Assembly (NCBI GenBank): GCA_001179505.1
Contig: CDMY01000164.1
Location: forward strand, 62,001 to 126,000
Direction of reading: 5' to 3'
Length of the DNA: 64,000 bases
Source: Vitrella brassicaformis CCMP3155
Lineage: Eukaryota; Protista; Chromerida
Shown piece by piece: positions 48,715-59,294 of the stretch (within the stretch, counting starts at the first letter, position 1; every line of letters begins with the position of its first letter). The notes beneath the pieces are model-generated. The model saw only the letters and a list, made by a program, of their open reading frames with translations, made no database searches and was not told the origin of the DNA. A program made the translations under genes and the position numbers.

Positions 48715-51088
48715 TCACACACACGTGCAGAAGCTGCCGGCAAATCTAGACTCGCCACGGGATGGCGTACCTCGTGGGACAAATAGAGATCGTATACACA
48801 TAGACACACAGCGAAAAACGAAAAAGACAGCTGTCACGTCGAGGGCGAGGTCTTCATCAAGGAGGCGACGGCACTCAGCCAATGCCACCCAGCAGACGGC
48901 TGAGCACACAGACAAAGGGGGAGGGGAGAGAGGGACGCACACCTCATCGTTTCTGTCTCGGTTGCTCCTTCTCTTCCTGACCTGCAGTGTGTAGATCTCC
49001 ATATCGGCAAGCATGAAGTCGGTGCTGGAGGCCAGGCTGGCGCGGCCCTTGTTGTCGGTGGTCCCGATGTACTTCTTGTACGCCGGCAGACGGTCCTTCA
49101 GCAGCCACTGAGCGCAGCCGCGAAGGTCGGCACTCTGACAGCCCAGCCACAGGCGGCCGGGGGCCTTGTGGATCATGTCACCGATGCACACCTTGCCGAC
49201 CGGCTCACACTCCACGTTCTTGACCGCTCCTTGTGTGCCAGCCACCCAAACAGGCTGCTCGGCCACGGGCAGGTCGATCTTGGTGATGCCGTCGCCCTCG
49301 AACGCACCGCACACCGAAAACAGCGACACGGGGCAACGGGTCATGGTCACTGCAGTGGGGTCGGCGGGCGGGGTGAGTCCGCCCTCGATGTGGGGGGGCG
49401 ACGACGGGGCCGCCGAGGTCTTTGAGCAGCAGCAGGAGGTCGGTGGCGTCGCCCACATTCTTGAACATGGCCTCGGACTCCCAGCCGTCACGCTCACCCC
49501 TGACAGACACACACACACAGAGGGAGCAAAGGGATATCATTCACGAGGCACCAACAGCTTCCCTGTCATCGGTGGCTCACTTGTAGAGGAGTTTTGGGGC
49601 CGCATCCGTCATGCCGGTCGCGTCGACGAGTGCTCGCAGGTCATCCGCAGTCAGGATGGGGTCGGCCGGCACGGCACTCCACACCTGCACACAGCCAGGA
49701 GAAGGATCTCATGATGTCCACAGTCACTTGTGTGCCCTCTGGTTGATGCCTGGCTGACCGACCTGGAAGACCTCCACACGCTGGAAGGTGGAGCGATAGG
49801 TCTCAGCCCCACAGAGGCTCACGGCCTCGCTGTTGATGGTCTTGCCCACAAACTTCCTGTTTGCCGGCAGCTCCTTCTTCCACACCCACTGATAGCACTT
49901 GAGAAGGTCGTCAATCGGGCCGTCCTTGCCAATCCCCAGCCACAGGCGGCCGCCAGCGATGCACACCTTGGCGCGTGGCACACCGTTCTCGTCCGTTACC
50001 GCCCCCCGTGTGCCCGCCACCTCCACGTCTTGCGCCTCCTCGGGCACCTCGATCTTGGTGATGCCGTCCTCAAACGCACCGGACACCGAAAAGAGCGACA
50101 CGGCACACCAGAACAGCAGCTCAGATGTGGGATCGGCCGGCAGCTGCAGTTTGGTGTCGGCGAAGACTGCGATGGTGTTGGTGTCGTCGCACTTTATGAC
50201 AAAGAGGAGGCCGCGCCGCCCCGCCACACGCTGCGCCAGACTGGTATACGACGAACCGTGCAGCGAACTCCTGACACACACATATCACACAAACAGACGG
50301 GCGAATGCATGGGGCATGGCGTGATGCCCTTCGTTTGTCTGCTCTCACTTGAAGAGGCAGGTCATCTTAGGTTGTTTCTTGCCGATCATGATGAGGAGGG
50401 TCTGCATGACGTCGTTGGCGAGGATGTTGGGGTACATGGCCTCGAGGACGCCATACATCTCACTCACACGCACCAGCTCGTCCTGGTGGGCACACGAGGG
50501 CGGTGGGACGACGGCGCCATCGGGGGCCAGGCGACACCGACGAGCGAAGTCGACGACGCTGCAAACACCAATAGACGAACAGATGAGCTCTCTTCAAGTT
50601 GCCTGTGGTGGTTGTCTGGGTGCCTACAGGTCGAAGTGGTGCCCAGACACGTCGACGATGGGAGTGCGACCATACCTGCACACGTGACACACAGGGGAGA
50701 AGGAGAGCCAATGACACACATTCCCTCTGTCATCTCCTCCTTGCCTTTCTCACTTGGTGAATCGGTCGTTGAGTGTGTCGAAGTCGGCCAGTGTGGCATC
50801 GGTGGTCGCCACTGTGCGGCCATCGACAGTCACACTGAGCACCTCCGTCCCTCCTCTTCCGCCCTTCATGGACGACTTGATGAAGGCGCCCATCATGGCC
50901 ATGAAGCTGCGGAATGCCGATTGGCTCTCGCTGTCCTCAGTCGGTTTGTCGATGGCGATGGGCGACTCGGCGAAGAATAAGTCGTGGTAGAAGGGGATGG
51001 GCTGCACGGCGTCGAACATCTCGATCTCGTCGACCCACCCATGCTTCAGACGGCAGAGCTTCTCACACAACCTGACACACACACAACC

Positions 51089-51120
<32 letters not shown>

Positions 51121-51357
51121 GCCACCAGTGAGTCAATGAGTGTCATTGGCTGCATGCTCCCCTCGCCACTCACCAAATGAAGTAGAAGGGATCTGCGTCG
51201 ATGAAGATCGTCCCGTCGGCATCCTTGAGCATCCACTCGTCGAACCGGTGCAGCAGCACCGCCACACACGTGCCCCCAGCCCCTCGCGCAGCAGCACGCC
51301 ACTCGGGAAGGCCATGACATAGCCGCCGACGTTGATCTGCATCACGCCGCCGCTCAT
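48715..51357 (-). CDS. BTB/POZ-like plus two TLDc-like domains; second TLDc interrupted by +1 frameshift
   Basis: KCTD-type BTB-like start MQINVGGYVMAF..IFIDADPFYFIW and a second BTB-like segment (LSVTVDGRTVATTDATL). The TLDc-like units are LFK|SSLHGSSY..LLFVIK..VSLFSVSG..VEVFQV and LLYK|GERDG..LLLLKD..VSLFSVCG..MEIYTL. The 3' end is uncertain. Confidence 0.65.
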
Positions 51358-51651
51358 GGTGCCTGCTGTGGCCTGGCTGCTCGTGGGTGATGAGTCCTGC
51401 ATGCGGTCAGAGAAGCAGATGAATCACGGGACCATCTCGTGTGCTGCTTGAGCTGGCAATGCAAAGCACTCTTGCGTGGCGGATGAAATGAAGGGTTTCG
51501 GCGACAACGCATTGGAGCTCGCAGCGAGCTTCTCTCTCCTCTCTCTCCCCTTTCTTTCCTCCCCCTGTGTTCCCCTTTGTTCCGCCTTGACACATCTTCG
51601 TTCGACTCATCTGGTTTCTCAGATTGCTTTGGTATTCATCGCAGAGAGGCC

Positions 51652-54600
51652 ATGGCTGACAGGGCGATGGAGGTCAGTGAGGCAACAGGGTGAAGCAGTT
51701 TGGGCACACTGACTGGCTGTGATTGGGTTATTGTTTTGTTATTGCTTGCTGCCTGTCAGACACAGAGGCGCTGCTCGGGAGAGGGAGATGAGCTGTCCCC
51801 CGCTGCTGCTGCTGCTGGTGTGGATGGAGCAGCGGCCGATGCAGAGAAGCAAATGAATGTCGAAAAGGTAAGTCAGGCGAGAGAGAGTGAGTGAGTGACT
51901 GACCCATTCGCTGTGTGTGTTGGCACCTGCAGATTTGTGTGTTGGTCATGCCGTTCCTGCCCCTCCATCTGCTCGTTCCGCTCTCCCAGAAGACCTGGCA
52001 AGAGGCGGCGGCCTTCCAGACACGGCTCGTCATCGACTGCGACACCACGGCTGACGACGACTACTGGCAGTGGACAAAGGGACTCGTGTTTTGGCAGCGA
52101 CTCCCTCTCGACTTTGTGATTCGGATAGCGGCACGGCTTACCCACTTGCGTGAGATCACCCTCCGCCACCCAAGATTCTGCCTCATGTGGTGTATTGATG
52201 CCTTCCTCACCTTTATCGAGACCACAGCCGCCCTACCCACGCCCACCGAGCAGCTCGGCAGCCATGGTGCGCCGCAACAGTCGGCCAGCCAGCGAGGAGG
52301 AGCGCTGCAGACTATCGCATTCGACTCGGTGGGGCTGACTGTCGCGGAGCTGCGCAAGCTGAAGCGGTCGAATCCGGATCTCCCTCCCCCCGTCACCCCT
52401 GCCCCCACCCTGCCCTCACTCAAGAGTGTCACAGGAGCCCTCCGAGAGCACCGTGTGCTGGCCGACAGGGGCTGGCGCATGCCCGCACTCGAGCGTGTGG
52501 AGCTAAACGGATGGGCTGCCGACGAGCTGGGCCGCTTCATAAGCTCGTCGTCATCGCTGAAAGAGGTGGAGCGGCGTTGCTGGACCTGGGGGGAGTGGGC
52601 GACCGCGTTTGAGCGCATGCCCGTAGCACCTTGTGGGCAGCCAGGGCCACTCGGACACCTGCAGACCATGAGAGGGATCGGGTATGTGCATGAGCCTTTT
52701 ATGGAATCAGTACAGGAGTACCGGATTGGAATCAAGCGGCTCCGGGTAGGCAATCATCACACATAAGAGGTCTTATCTGTGCGTGTGCAGGCACCAGTGG
52801 TGTCCTTCTCTCTTTGGTTTTAGNNNNNNNNNNNNNNNNNNNNNNNNNNNNNNNNNNNNNNNNNNNNNNNNNNNNNNNNNNNNNNNNNNNNNNNNNNNNN
52901 NNNNNNNNNNNNNNNNNNNNNNNNNNNNNNNNNNNNNNNNNNNNNNNNNNNNNNNNNNNNNNNNNNNNNNNNNNNNNNNNNNNNNNNNNNNNNNNNNNNN
53001 NNNNNNNNNNNNNNNNNNNNNNNNNNNNNNNNNNNNNNNNNNNNNNNNNNNNNNNNNNNNNNNNNNNNNNNNNNNNNNNNNNNNNNNNNNNNNNNNNNNN
53101 NNNNNNNNNNNNNNNNNNNNNNNGGCAGCCTTCCAGACACGGCTCGTCATCGACTGCGACACCACGGCTGACGACGACTACTGGCAGTGGACAAAGGGAC
53201 TCGTGTTTTGGCAGCGACTCCCTCTCGACTTTGTGATGCGGATAGCGGCACGGCTTACCCACTTGCGTGAGATCACCCTCCGCCACCCAAGATTCTGCCT
53301 CATGTGGTGTATTGATGCCTTCCTCACCTTTATCGAGACCACAGCCGCCCTACCCACGCCCGCCGAGCCGCTCAGCAGCCATGGTGCGCCGCAACAGTCG
53401 GCCAGCCAGCGAGGAGGAGCGCTGCAGACTATCGCATTCGAGTCGGTGGGGCTGACTGTCGCGGAGCTGCGCAAGCTGAAGCGGTCGAATCCGGATCTCC
53501 CTCCCCCCGTCACCCCTGCCCCCACCCTGCCCTCACTCAAGGGTGTCACAGGAGCCCTCCGAGAGCACCGTGTGCTGGCCGACAGGGGCTGGCGCATGCC
53601 CGCACTCGAGCGTGTGGAGCAGCCCCGTCCCCCTATCGCTCCTTCATTCGCCCCCCCCGCCGACCCTCCATGCCCTCAGGACCGTTACAGGAGTCGCCCG
53701 ACAGCACCGTGTCCTAGCCGACAGAAGCTGGCACATGCCCGCACTCGAGTATGTCGATCAGGAGGGGTGGGATGTCGAGACGCTGGGCCGCTTCATAAGC
53801 NNNNNNNNNNNNNNNNNNNNNNNNNNNNNNNNNNNNNNNNNNNNNNNNNNNNNNNNNNNNNNNNNNNNNNNNNNNNNNNNNNNNNNNNNNNNNNNNNNNN
53901 NNNNNNNNNNNNNNNNNNNNNNNNNNNNNNNNNNNNNNNNNNNNNNNNNNNNNNNNNNNNNNNNNNNNNNNNNNNNNNNNNNNNNNNNNNNNNNNNNNNN
54001 NNNNNNNNNNNNNNNNNNNNNNNNNNNNNNNNNNNNNNNNNNNNNNNNNNNNNNNNNNNNNNNNNNNNNNNNNNNNNNNNNNNNNNNNNNNNNNNNNNNN
54101 AGGCGGCAGCCTTCCAGACACGGCTCGTCATCGACTGCGACACCACGGCTGACGACGACTACTGGCAGTGGACAAAGGGACTCGTGTTTTGGCAGCGACT
54201 CCCTCTCGACTTTGTGATGCGGATAGCGGCACGGCTTACCCACTTGCGTGAGATCACCCTCCGCCACCCAAGATTCTGCCTCATGTGGTGTATTGATGCC
54301 TTCCTCACCTTTATCGAGACCACAGCCGCCCTACCCACGCCCGCCGAGCCGCTCAGCAGCCATGGTGCGCCGCAACAGTCGGCCAGCCAGCGAGGAGGAG
54401 CGCTGCAGACTATCGCATTCGAGTCGGTGGGGCTGACTGTCGCGGAGCTGCGCAAGCTGAAGCGGTCGAATCCGGATCTCCCTCCCCCCGTCACCCCTGC
54501 CCCCACCCTGCCCTCACTCAAGGGTGTCACAGGAGCCCTCCGAGAGCACCGTGTGCTGGCCGACAGGGGCTGGCGCATGCCCGCACTCGAGCGTGTGGAG

Positions 54601-56136
54601 CAGCCCCGTCCCCCTATCGCTCCTTCATTCGCCCCCCCCGCCGACCCTCCATGCCCTCAGGACCGTTACAGGAGTCGCCCGACAGCACCGTGTCCTAGCC
54701 GACAGAAGCTGGCACATGCCCGCACTCGAGTATGTCGATCAGGAGGGGTGGGATGTCGAGACGCTGGGCCGCTTCATAAGCTCGTCGTCATCGCTGAAAG
54801 AGGTGGAGCGGCGTTGCTGGACCTGGGGGGAGTGGGCGACCGCGTTTGAGCGCATGCCCGTAGCACCTGTTGGGCAGCCAGGGCCACTCGGACACCTGCA
54901 GACCATGAGAGGGATCGGGTATGTGCATGAGCCTTTTATGGAATCAGTACAGGAGTACCGGATTGGAATCAAGCGGCTCCAGGTAGGCAATCATCACACA
55001 TAAGAGGTCTTATCTGTGCGTGTGCAGGCACCAATGGTGTCCTTCTCTCTTTGGTTTTAGGGTGTGCTCACGTCGCGTGGCTGCCGCAAGGCGTTGACGA
55101 GGCTCGACGTGGAGATCCCGCCATTCGAGAACCACCACAGCCTCTCTGCCCTCCTGGATGTCGACGGGTTCGTCAGCACCTGCTGCGCGCGACCCGACGT
55201 CCCCGTCCCCACCACCGTAGAGAAGTATGCAAGCTTCGAGCTGTCACTCTTCTACGCCGATGACTTCCCCGCTCGCCCATCCCGCTTCATCAAGACGGCC
55301 ATCCAGGAGGCGGCGAAGCAGGCGCGGTACGTGACCTACACCATCAGCCAGCAAGACCTCACCCACCCCGTCGACAGCCCCAGCCAGACGACGATCGACA
55401 TTGTGAACAGCCTTTCATTCGACAAGGCACATATCGTGACGGTCGAAAATGCCCGTGGCTTCGTTCCCCTTCCCGGCACCCCCTCCCGAGCTTCCGCCAT
55501 CATCGAACACCTGCAGCAGTTCCCAACGGCCGAAGACCCGTGCAGTCTGTGGGTCAGGAGTAGTGTGGGCGGTACTCCGGGACGCCTGCTGGCGCAGAAG
55601 ATGCCCAGGGAGGTCGGGACCGTGCCGTTTGATCAAGATGAGAGCAGAGAGGATAGACGCCTTATGCTGGAGGCGCTGGGGGAGGGGAGGGAGGTGCGCA
55701 CTGTCCGTGTGGGTCATTGGAAGGGGGATCCGATCAGTCTCGCTCACCGCGGGCCCTTTGAAGGGTGGGGGTCGCCAGGATCGCCAGCTATTCGCGACAT
55801 ACACATTGACTTCTCAGGTATGCTGCCGGGAGGGCAGTGAGTGCGCCTTTCGGTTCACTTGTGTGTCCTTCCGCCTTGTCTGTGTGTCGTCATTCAGTGT
55901 CCGATGAGCTGGAGCCCCTTGCTGCTGCCGAGCTCGTCCGCGACAGCCTGGCAACTTTGCTCAATGCTGGCGTGCGCGGCCTGAGGCGTGTGGTGGTGTT
56001 GCTGCCGATGCAACACGACCTTGACGGCGCCATTCGACAGCTGCTTCCCGACAAAGTGGAGATCGGCGACTTCACTATCATCACCGATCCTCGGCGAACT
56101 CGGTGGACAGTGGTAGAGGCACATCGTATTGGCTGA
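51652..56136 (+). CDS. F-box-like/LRR-like family gene, fragmented by two gaps and present as three overlapping copies of exon 3
   Basis: MADRAME|TQRR..MNVEK|ICVLVMPFLPLHLLVPLS (phase-0 junctions, F-box-like), then the family core, then exons 55061-55817 and ~55898-56136 homologous to the paralogues. Confidence 0.55.
52824..53123. other. Assembly gap (300 N)
   Basis: Run of N. Confidence 1.
53801..54100. other. Assembly gap (300 N)
   Basis: Run of N. Confidence 1.
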
Positions 56137-57499
56137 TGAGAGGGTGAGAGAGACAGACAGACAGAGAGACAGACACTGTCTTGTTTGTCACTTTGTCCAT
56201 GGCACATGTGTGTGTTGTGTGTCTGCATGTGTGTGTCAGGCTGTCTGTCTGCCACCCAGCTGTGTGATGTGAGTACGGCCGCGGAGAGAGACTTTCGTGA
56301 TGCGTGTGTGCTCACGTTAGTGACAACTGGATGGATGGATGGATGGATTTGCGTGTACATTCAGACGGACCTGACGCTGTGCGTCAACTGTGCCTGCAGC
56401 GATTGAACTGCTTTCGGTTTTCCAGAGACATGACGCATAATGCATGAGAATGGGCAGTCAGGAGTCTGTTGTCATCAGACAGCCACCCTCCCGTCGGCGC
56501 ATGCGCACCCAAAAGGACAAGGCAGCAGAGAAGCGCACACACAGGAAGGCCACGACGAAGCCACGGGAGCACACCATGCACCGTCTCGTTGTTCGCGTTG
56601 TGTGTGTGTGCGGATCGATCTGTTTGGCACTCACACATTCTGCACACACAAGTCAGTCAGTCCATGTCGGTCGTCTCTTCACCGCAATCACATGAGCATC
56701 TGCATCACACCTTCGCTTCACTGTGGTCCGCTCGCATCGCATGAAGGTGTCAGTCAGTCAGTGAGTGAGCCAGCAGTCCGTCCGTCCACACAAACACAGT
56801 GAGTGCACGCCTCAGCCGTCTGACACCGACCGACAGGCAAAGGCAGACAGACGGAGTTGTCGAGCTCCTCGGAGGAACACACACACACAGATACGCACAG
56901 ATATGGTATGTGTTGGCAGCCGGCTAGACGGGGAACGAATCGACACCGACGAACATACGCACACACACATATACGCCGCCAGCAGACACCACTTAGATGG
57001 GCGAGTGAATGCACTCCCACACAACACACACACACACAGTCTCCCTCCCCATTCGCCTGTGTGTGGCCCATTGCACTGTCTGGCGTCACGCCAGCCGACC
57101 GATCGGCAAAACTGCAGTCCGCAGCACAGCAGATCTGAACGAAATTCACACCACACACAAGACAGCAATATGTCATTGATGACGTGCTCTGGTTGGCAGG
57201 TCTCAATTGTGATGCCGCGCCCACTCACTCACCGCTGCGCATGGATGGCCGGATGACCGAAGGCCCGCAAGGTGGTCGCCTTGCCACACAGAGTAGGTGT
57301 GTTTCAGCCCATTCACCATCTGCACAACGCCAGCCAGCCATTGACACACACCGATGTCCATTGAGAGCATTCATGACACCAATAGAGAGACGTGTGTGGG
57401 TGCTGACTGACCGGCCTGTGTTGGCTGTGGTGGTGCTGTCCTCTTTGGCAGGCTCAGGCGCACCACCACAGGCCTGGCCGTTGGCCATCACCAAGGAAG

Positions 57500-58460
57500 C
57501 ACAAAGGCCAGACAAACAGGTCCTCTGCACATCCGCTCATGAGCCCATCAAATAGAGCCCACGGGTCACTCCCACGTCCAAAAGGGATGCCATCAAGAGA
57601 ACGCAGTGCATGGAGTGGTCCAACATACGCAGGGATAGTGAATGGGCCGCCAGTGTGCCCGCTCTCGATGGGAGGCTGTGTGCATGTCGGCTCACTTGTT
57701 GTCTGTGAGGCTTGCGCAGCCGCCAGAGTGAGAACTTGAGCAGTTTGTCCATGTCCAATCCATGCTGCCGGGTGGCCACTGTGCCAGCTGAGCTGACGGC
57801 TGGCTCCTGCAGAAAGGCGCCCTTTGCAGCAGCGGGGCCATGTGAGGCGACACAACGTCAAGGAGTGGAAAGGGATGAATCGAATGGCCTTTTCTCGCTT
57901 CTGTCCTCCTCCCTGTCTGCTGGCCGTCTTAGATCTTCGCAGAAACGGCCGCCCTTCTCTGCCTTTCTCAGCGGCAAAACAGATCGGAAGCTCGCAGTGG
58001 CGGCGAGGGAAGGAGGGAGAACAAGGACGCCAACAGCTTCGTTGATAGGACCACTGCCCGCGGCTGATCGCATCTGCTCTCGAATGTGGTCATCGGACGG
58101 AGTGTTGAATTTGAAATGAAAAGGGATGAAGGAGAATCCCAAATGGCGGCTTCGAAGGGCCCTTCTGATGTTCTTCTCCGCAAACCACAGCGATGCTGGC
58201 AGCCATAACGTGTCAGTGACTGTTCGGCAGCACGACGGCGGACGTGGCTACCCCCACTCAGCAGTCAGACGTGGCCTCCGAGTCGGCAGGATGGTCTTCT
58301 TGGCTCTGCTTCTCTTCGTCGCCCCTTTACTTGGCTATCGGCGGTGGCTGGTCCGGCACAATGGGACGACAATGCGCAGCGGCTCATCGTCAACAGCATC
58401 TCTCAGCAGCAGCCTCGGCACTGCACTCATTGCATCCGGGAGATCGCCTCAACACAAAAG
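57500..58460. repeat. Segmental repeat copy 1 (blocks X-P-C)
   Basis: X (~57500-57780) recurs at ~58533-58800. P (~57780-58125) recurs at ~58800-59132 and ~62735-63090. C (58126-58460) recurs at 63091-63425. Confidence 0.9.
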
Positions 58461-58590
58461 GGACGCACTCTCGAGCTCCCACGCCCCGACACCCCGACCA
58501 CTGCTGCAGTACTTGCTCTCCTGGCTGTTTCAAACACAAAAGCCAGACGAACAGGTCCTCTGCACATCCGCTCATGAGCCCATCAAATAG
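58126..58590 (+). pseudogene. Truncated 5' fragment of the GT92-like gene
   Basis: MKENPKW..MVFLALLLFVAPLLGY.. matches 63091 onwards until ~58460, then runs into unrelated and X-block sequence and stops. Confidence 0.7.
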
Positions 58591-59132
58591 AGCCCACGGG
58601 TCACTCCCACGTCCAAAAGGGATCCCATCAAGAGAGCGCAGTGCATGGAGTGGTCCAACATACGCAGGGATAGTGAATGGGCCGCCAGTGTGCCCGCTCT
58701 CGATGGGAGGCTGTGTGCATGTCGGCTCACTTGTTGTCTGTGAGGCTTGCGCAGCCGCCAGAGTGAGAACTTGAGCAGTTTGTCCATGTCCAATCCATGC
58801 TGCCGGTGGGCCCTCTGACAGCTGGGCTGACGGCTGGCTCCTGCAGAAAGGCGCCTTTTGCAGCAGCGGGGCTCTCCATGTGAGGCGACACGTCAAGTCA
58901 ACGGAACAGAAAGGGATGAATCGAATGGCCTTTTCTCGCTTTTTTACTCCTCCCTGTCTGCTGGTCGTCTTAGATCTTCGCAGAAACGTCCGCCTTTCTC
59001 TGCCTTTCTCAGCGGCAAAGCGATCGGAAGCTCGCAAGGAGAAGCAAGGGAAGGAGGAAGAAAAGGAGGAGGGGCAGGACCACTGCACGCGGCTGATCGC
59101 ATCTGCTCTCGAATGTGGTCATTCAACGGAGT
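58533..59132. repeat. Segmental repeat copy 2 (blocks X-P)
   Basis: Near-identical to 57500-57780, then a P-block variant. Confidence 0.9.
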
Positions 59133-59294
59133 GCGATGATATTTGCCCCGTGGCTCTTCCTCTATGGCGGCAGATCTGATGCCGGTGCGCAGCACATTGC
59201 CCATGAGGGCACAGAACACCGACACAAAAAGCACACTGTCCGTGCTGTATCTGTGTGGCTGTGCTTTGTCAGGATATAGAGCTGCCTGGATCTG

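Noticed and set aside
49730-50980. 416-aa plus-strand ORF
   Set aside because: It is antisense to the BTB-TLDc exons and crosses their introns, with typical shadow-frame composition.
53124-53800. Third tandem copy of exon 3 as a real duplication
   Set aside because: It appears identical to 54105-54781 and is flanked by fixed-size gaps, so it is most likely redundant assembly of the same sequence.
52783-54849. 688-aa ORF in the track
   Set aside because: It is read through two N gaps, so it is an artefact.
56400-57760. Minus-strand gene starting MDKLLKFSLWRLRK
   Set aside because: The first two exons splice plausibly, but the next junction gives stops or phase conflicts. I cannot support a model.
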